The translations under genes were made by a program, and so were the position numbers. Below, piece by piece: positions 63,436-64,000 of a DNA stretch of 64,000 bases. The stretch covers positions 12,218-76,217 of the forward strand of contig JAGLWK010000006.1 in the NCBI GenBank assembly GCA_023133485.1, written 5' to 3'. This stretch comes from Bacteroidales bacterium. Lineage in GTDB: Bacteria; Bacteroidota; Bacteroidia; Bacteroidales; B39-G9. The number at the start of each line of letters is the position of its first letter. The first letter of the stretch is position 1. The notes under the pieces were generated by a model. The model saw only the letters and a list, made by a program, of their open reading frames with translations. It was not told the origin of the DNA and searched no databases.

Positions 63436-64000
63436 ATGAGAAAAAAAATCATTTTATTCAGCATAACTTTTATTGTTTTATCATGTTGTTCTGTAACATA
63501 CGGACAAAAGAAAAAGAAAAAACAAAAACCATTGAAAACGCAGGAACAATTGCAAAAATTACCTGTATATAATTCATTATCAGATGCATTGCAATATAAA
63601 AAACGTGTTTATAAATTAAATCTTGATAATAAAGAACTTACAGAACTATCATCACAAATAGGTAAACTAATTAATTTACAGGAATTATACCTTAGAAATA
63701 ATAAGTTATCAGAATTACCACCTGAATTGTGGGAACTTGCTAATCTCCAGAAATTATTACTCGGAGAAAATAATATAGCTGATCTGCCACCTGAAATCGG
63801 GAATTTGAAAAATCTTGAAGAACTCGACCTTTTTTCAAATCTTTTATCAACAATACCACATGAAATCGGGGAATTGAAAAAACTTAAAAAGCTTGACCTG
63901 AACTGGAATCAGATTATGGAACTACCTGAAGAAATAGGGCAGCTTACTGATATTCAGTATTTATATCTCGAAAGAAATAAACTTGACAAATTCCCTGAAA
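63436..64000 (+). CDS. leucine-rich-repeat lipoprotein/secreted protein (3' end outside window)
   Basis: The ATG at 63436 gives MRKKIILFSITFIVLSCCSVTYG, a signal peptide. It is followed by 23-residue LRRs (L..L..L.L..N.L..LP.E...L). The frame is open to the window end. Confidence 0.8.
   Translation, partial: MRKKIILFSITFIVLSCCSVTYGQKKKKKQKPLKTQEQLQKLPVYNSLSDALQYKKRVYKLNLDNKELTELSSQIGKLINLQELYLRNNKLSELPPELWELANLQKLLLGENNIADLPPEIGNLKNLEELDLFSNLLSTIPHEIGELKKLKKLDLNWNQIMELPEEIGQLTDIQYLYLERNKLDKFPE

Overview
This is AT-rich Bacteroidota-type chromosomal DNA, judged from T9SS C-terminal sorting domains, a gldA-gldF-gldG operon, a TonB-dependent receptor and a Bacteroidetes-style integrase. All calls come from reading the sequence and ORF track by eye, with no searches run, so functional labels on accessory genes are hypotheses. 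Three blocks stand out. (1) Positions 1-22.2 kb hold two tandem TPR/SpoIIE phosphatase paralogs. They are followed by an ~18-kb array built from two copies of a module: one small T9SS-CTD protein plus two giant (1113-1606 aa) secreted beta-solenoid, tail-fibre-like proteins. The giant proteins have near-identical N-termini, dozens of 17-residue repeats and swapped C-terminal modules (two peptidase-S74-like versions and one HLPW-type). A start-less orphan C-terminal cassette sits between genes 1 and 2. (2) Positions 22.2-41.7 kb hold a ~19.5-kb element integrated at the 3' end of tRNA-Lys(UUU), bounded by 15-bp direct repeats. It encodes a tyrosine integrase, a cI/Cro-like switch, an HUH rolling-circle Rep, SSB, an M15 lysin, a LamG spike-like protein and many small membrane proteins. 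I could not recognise a terminase, portal, tail gene or Walker-A ATPase. One protein is an internal tandem duplication of a beta-rich unit and is a candidate double-jelly-roll capsid protein. The element also carries 12 copies of a TTTGATAGCAAAA motif next to attL, a 45% G+C hairpin-rich non-coding island, and several iteron sets. (3) Positions 41.9-64 kb hold housekeeping genes (asparaginase-like, LTA-synthase-like, glycosyltransferase, hybrid histidine kinase, nth, TonB receptor, aroQ, xerD, argS, methyltransferase, gldAFG, LRR protein). These are interspersed with foldback/MITE-like repeats.
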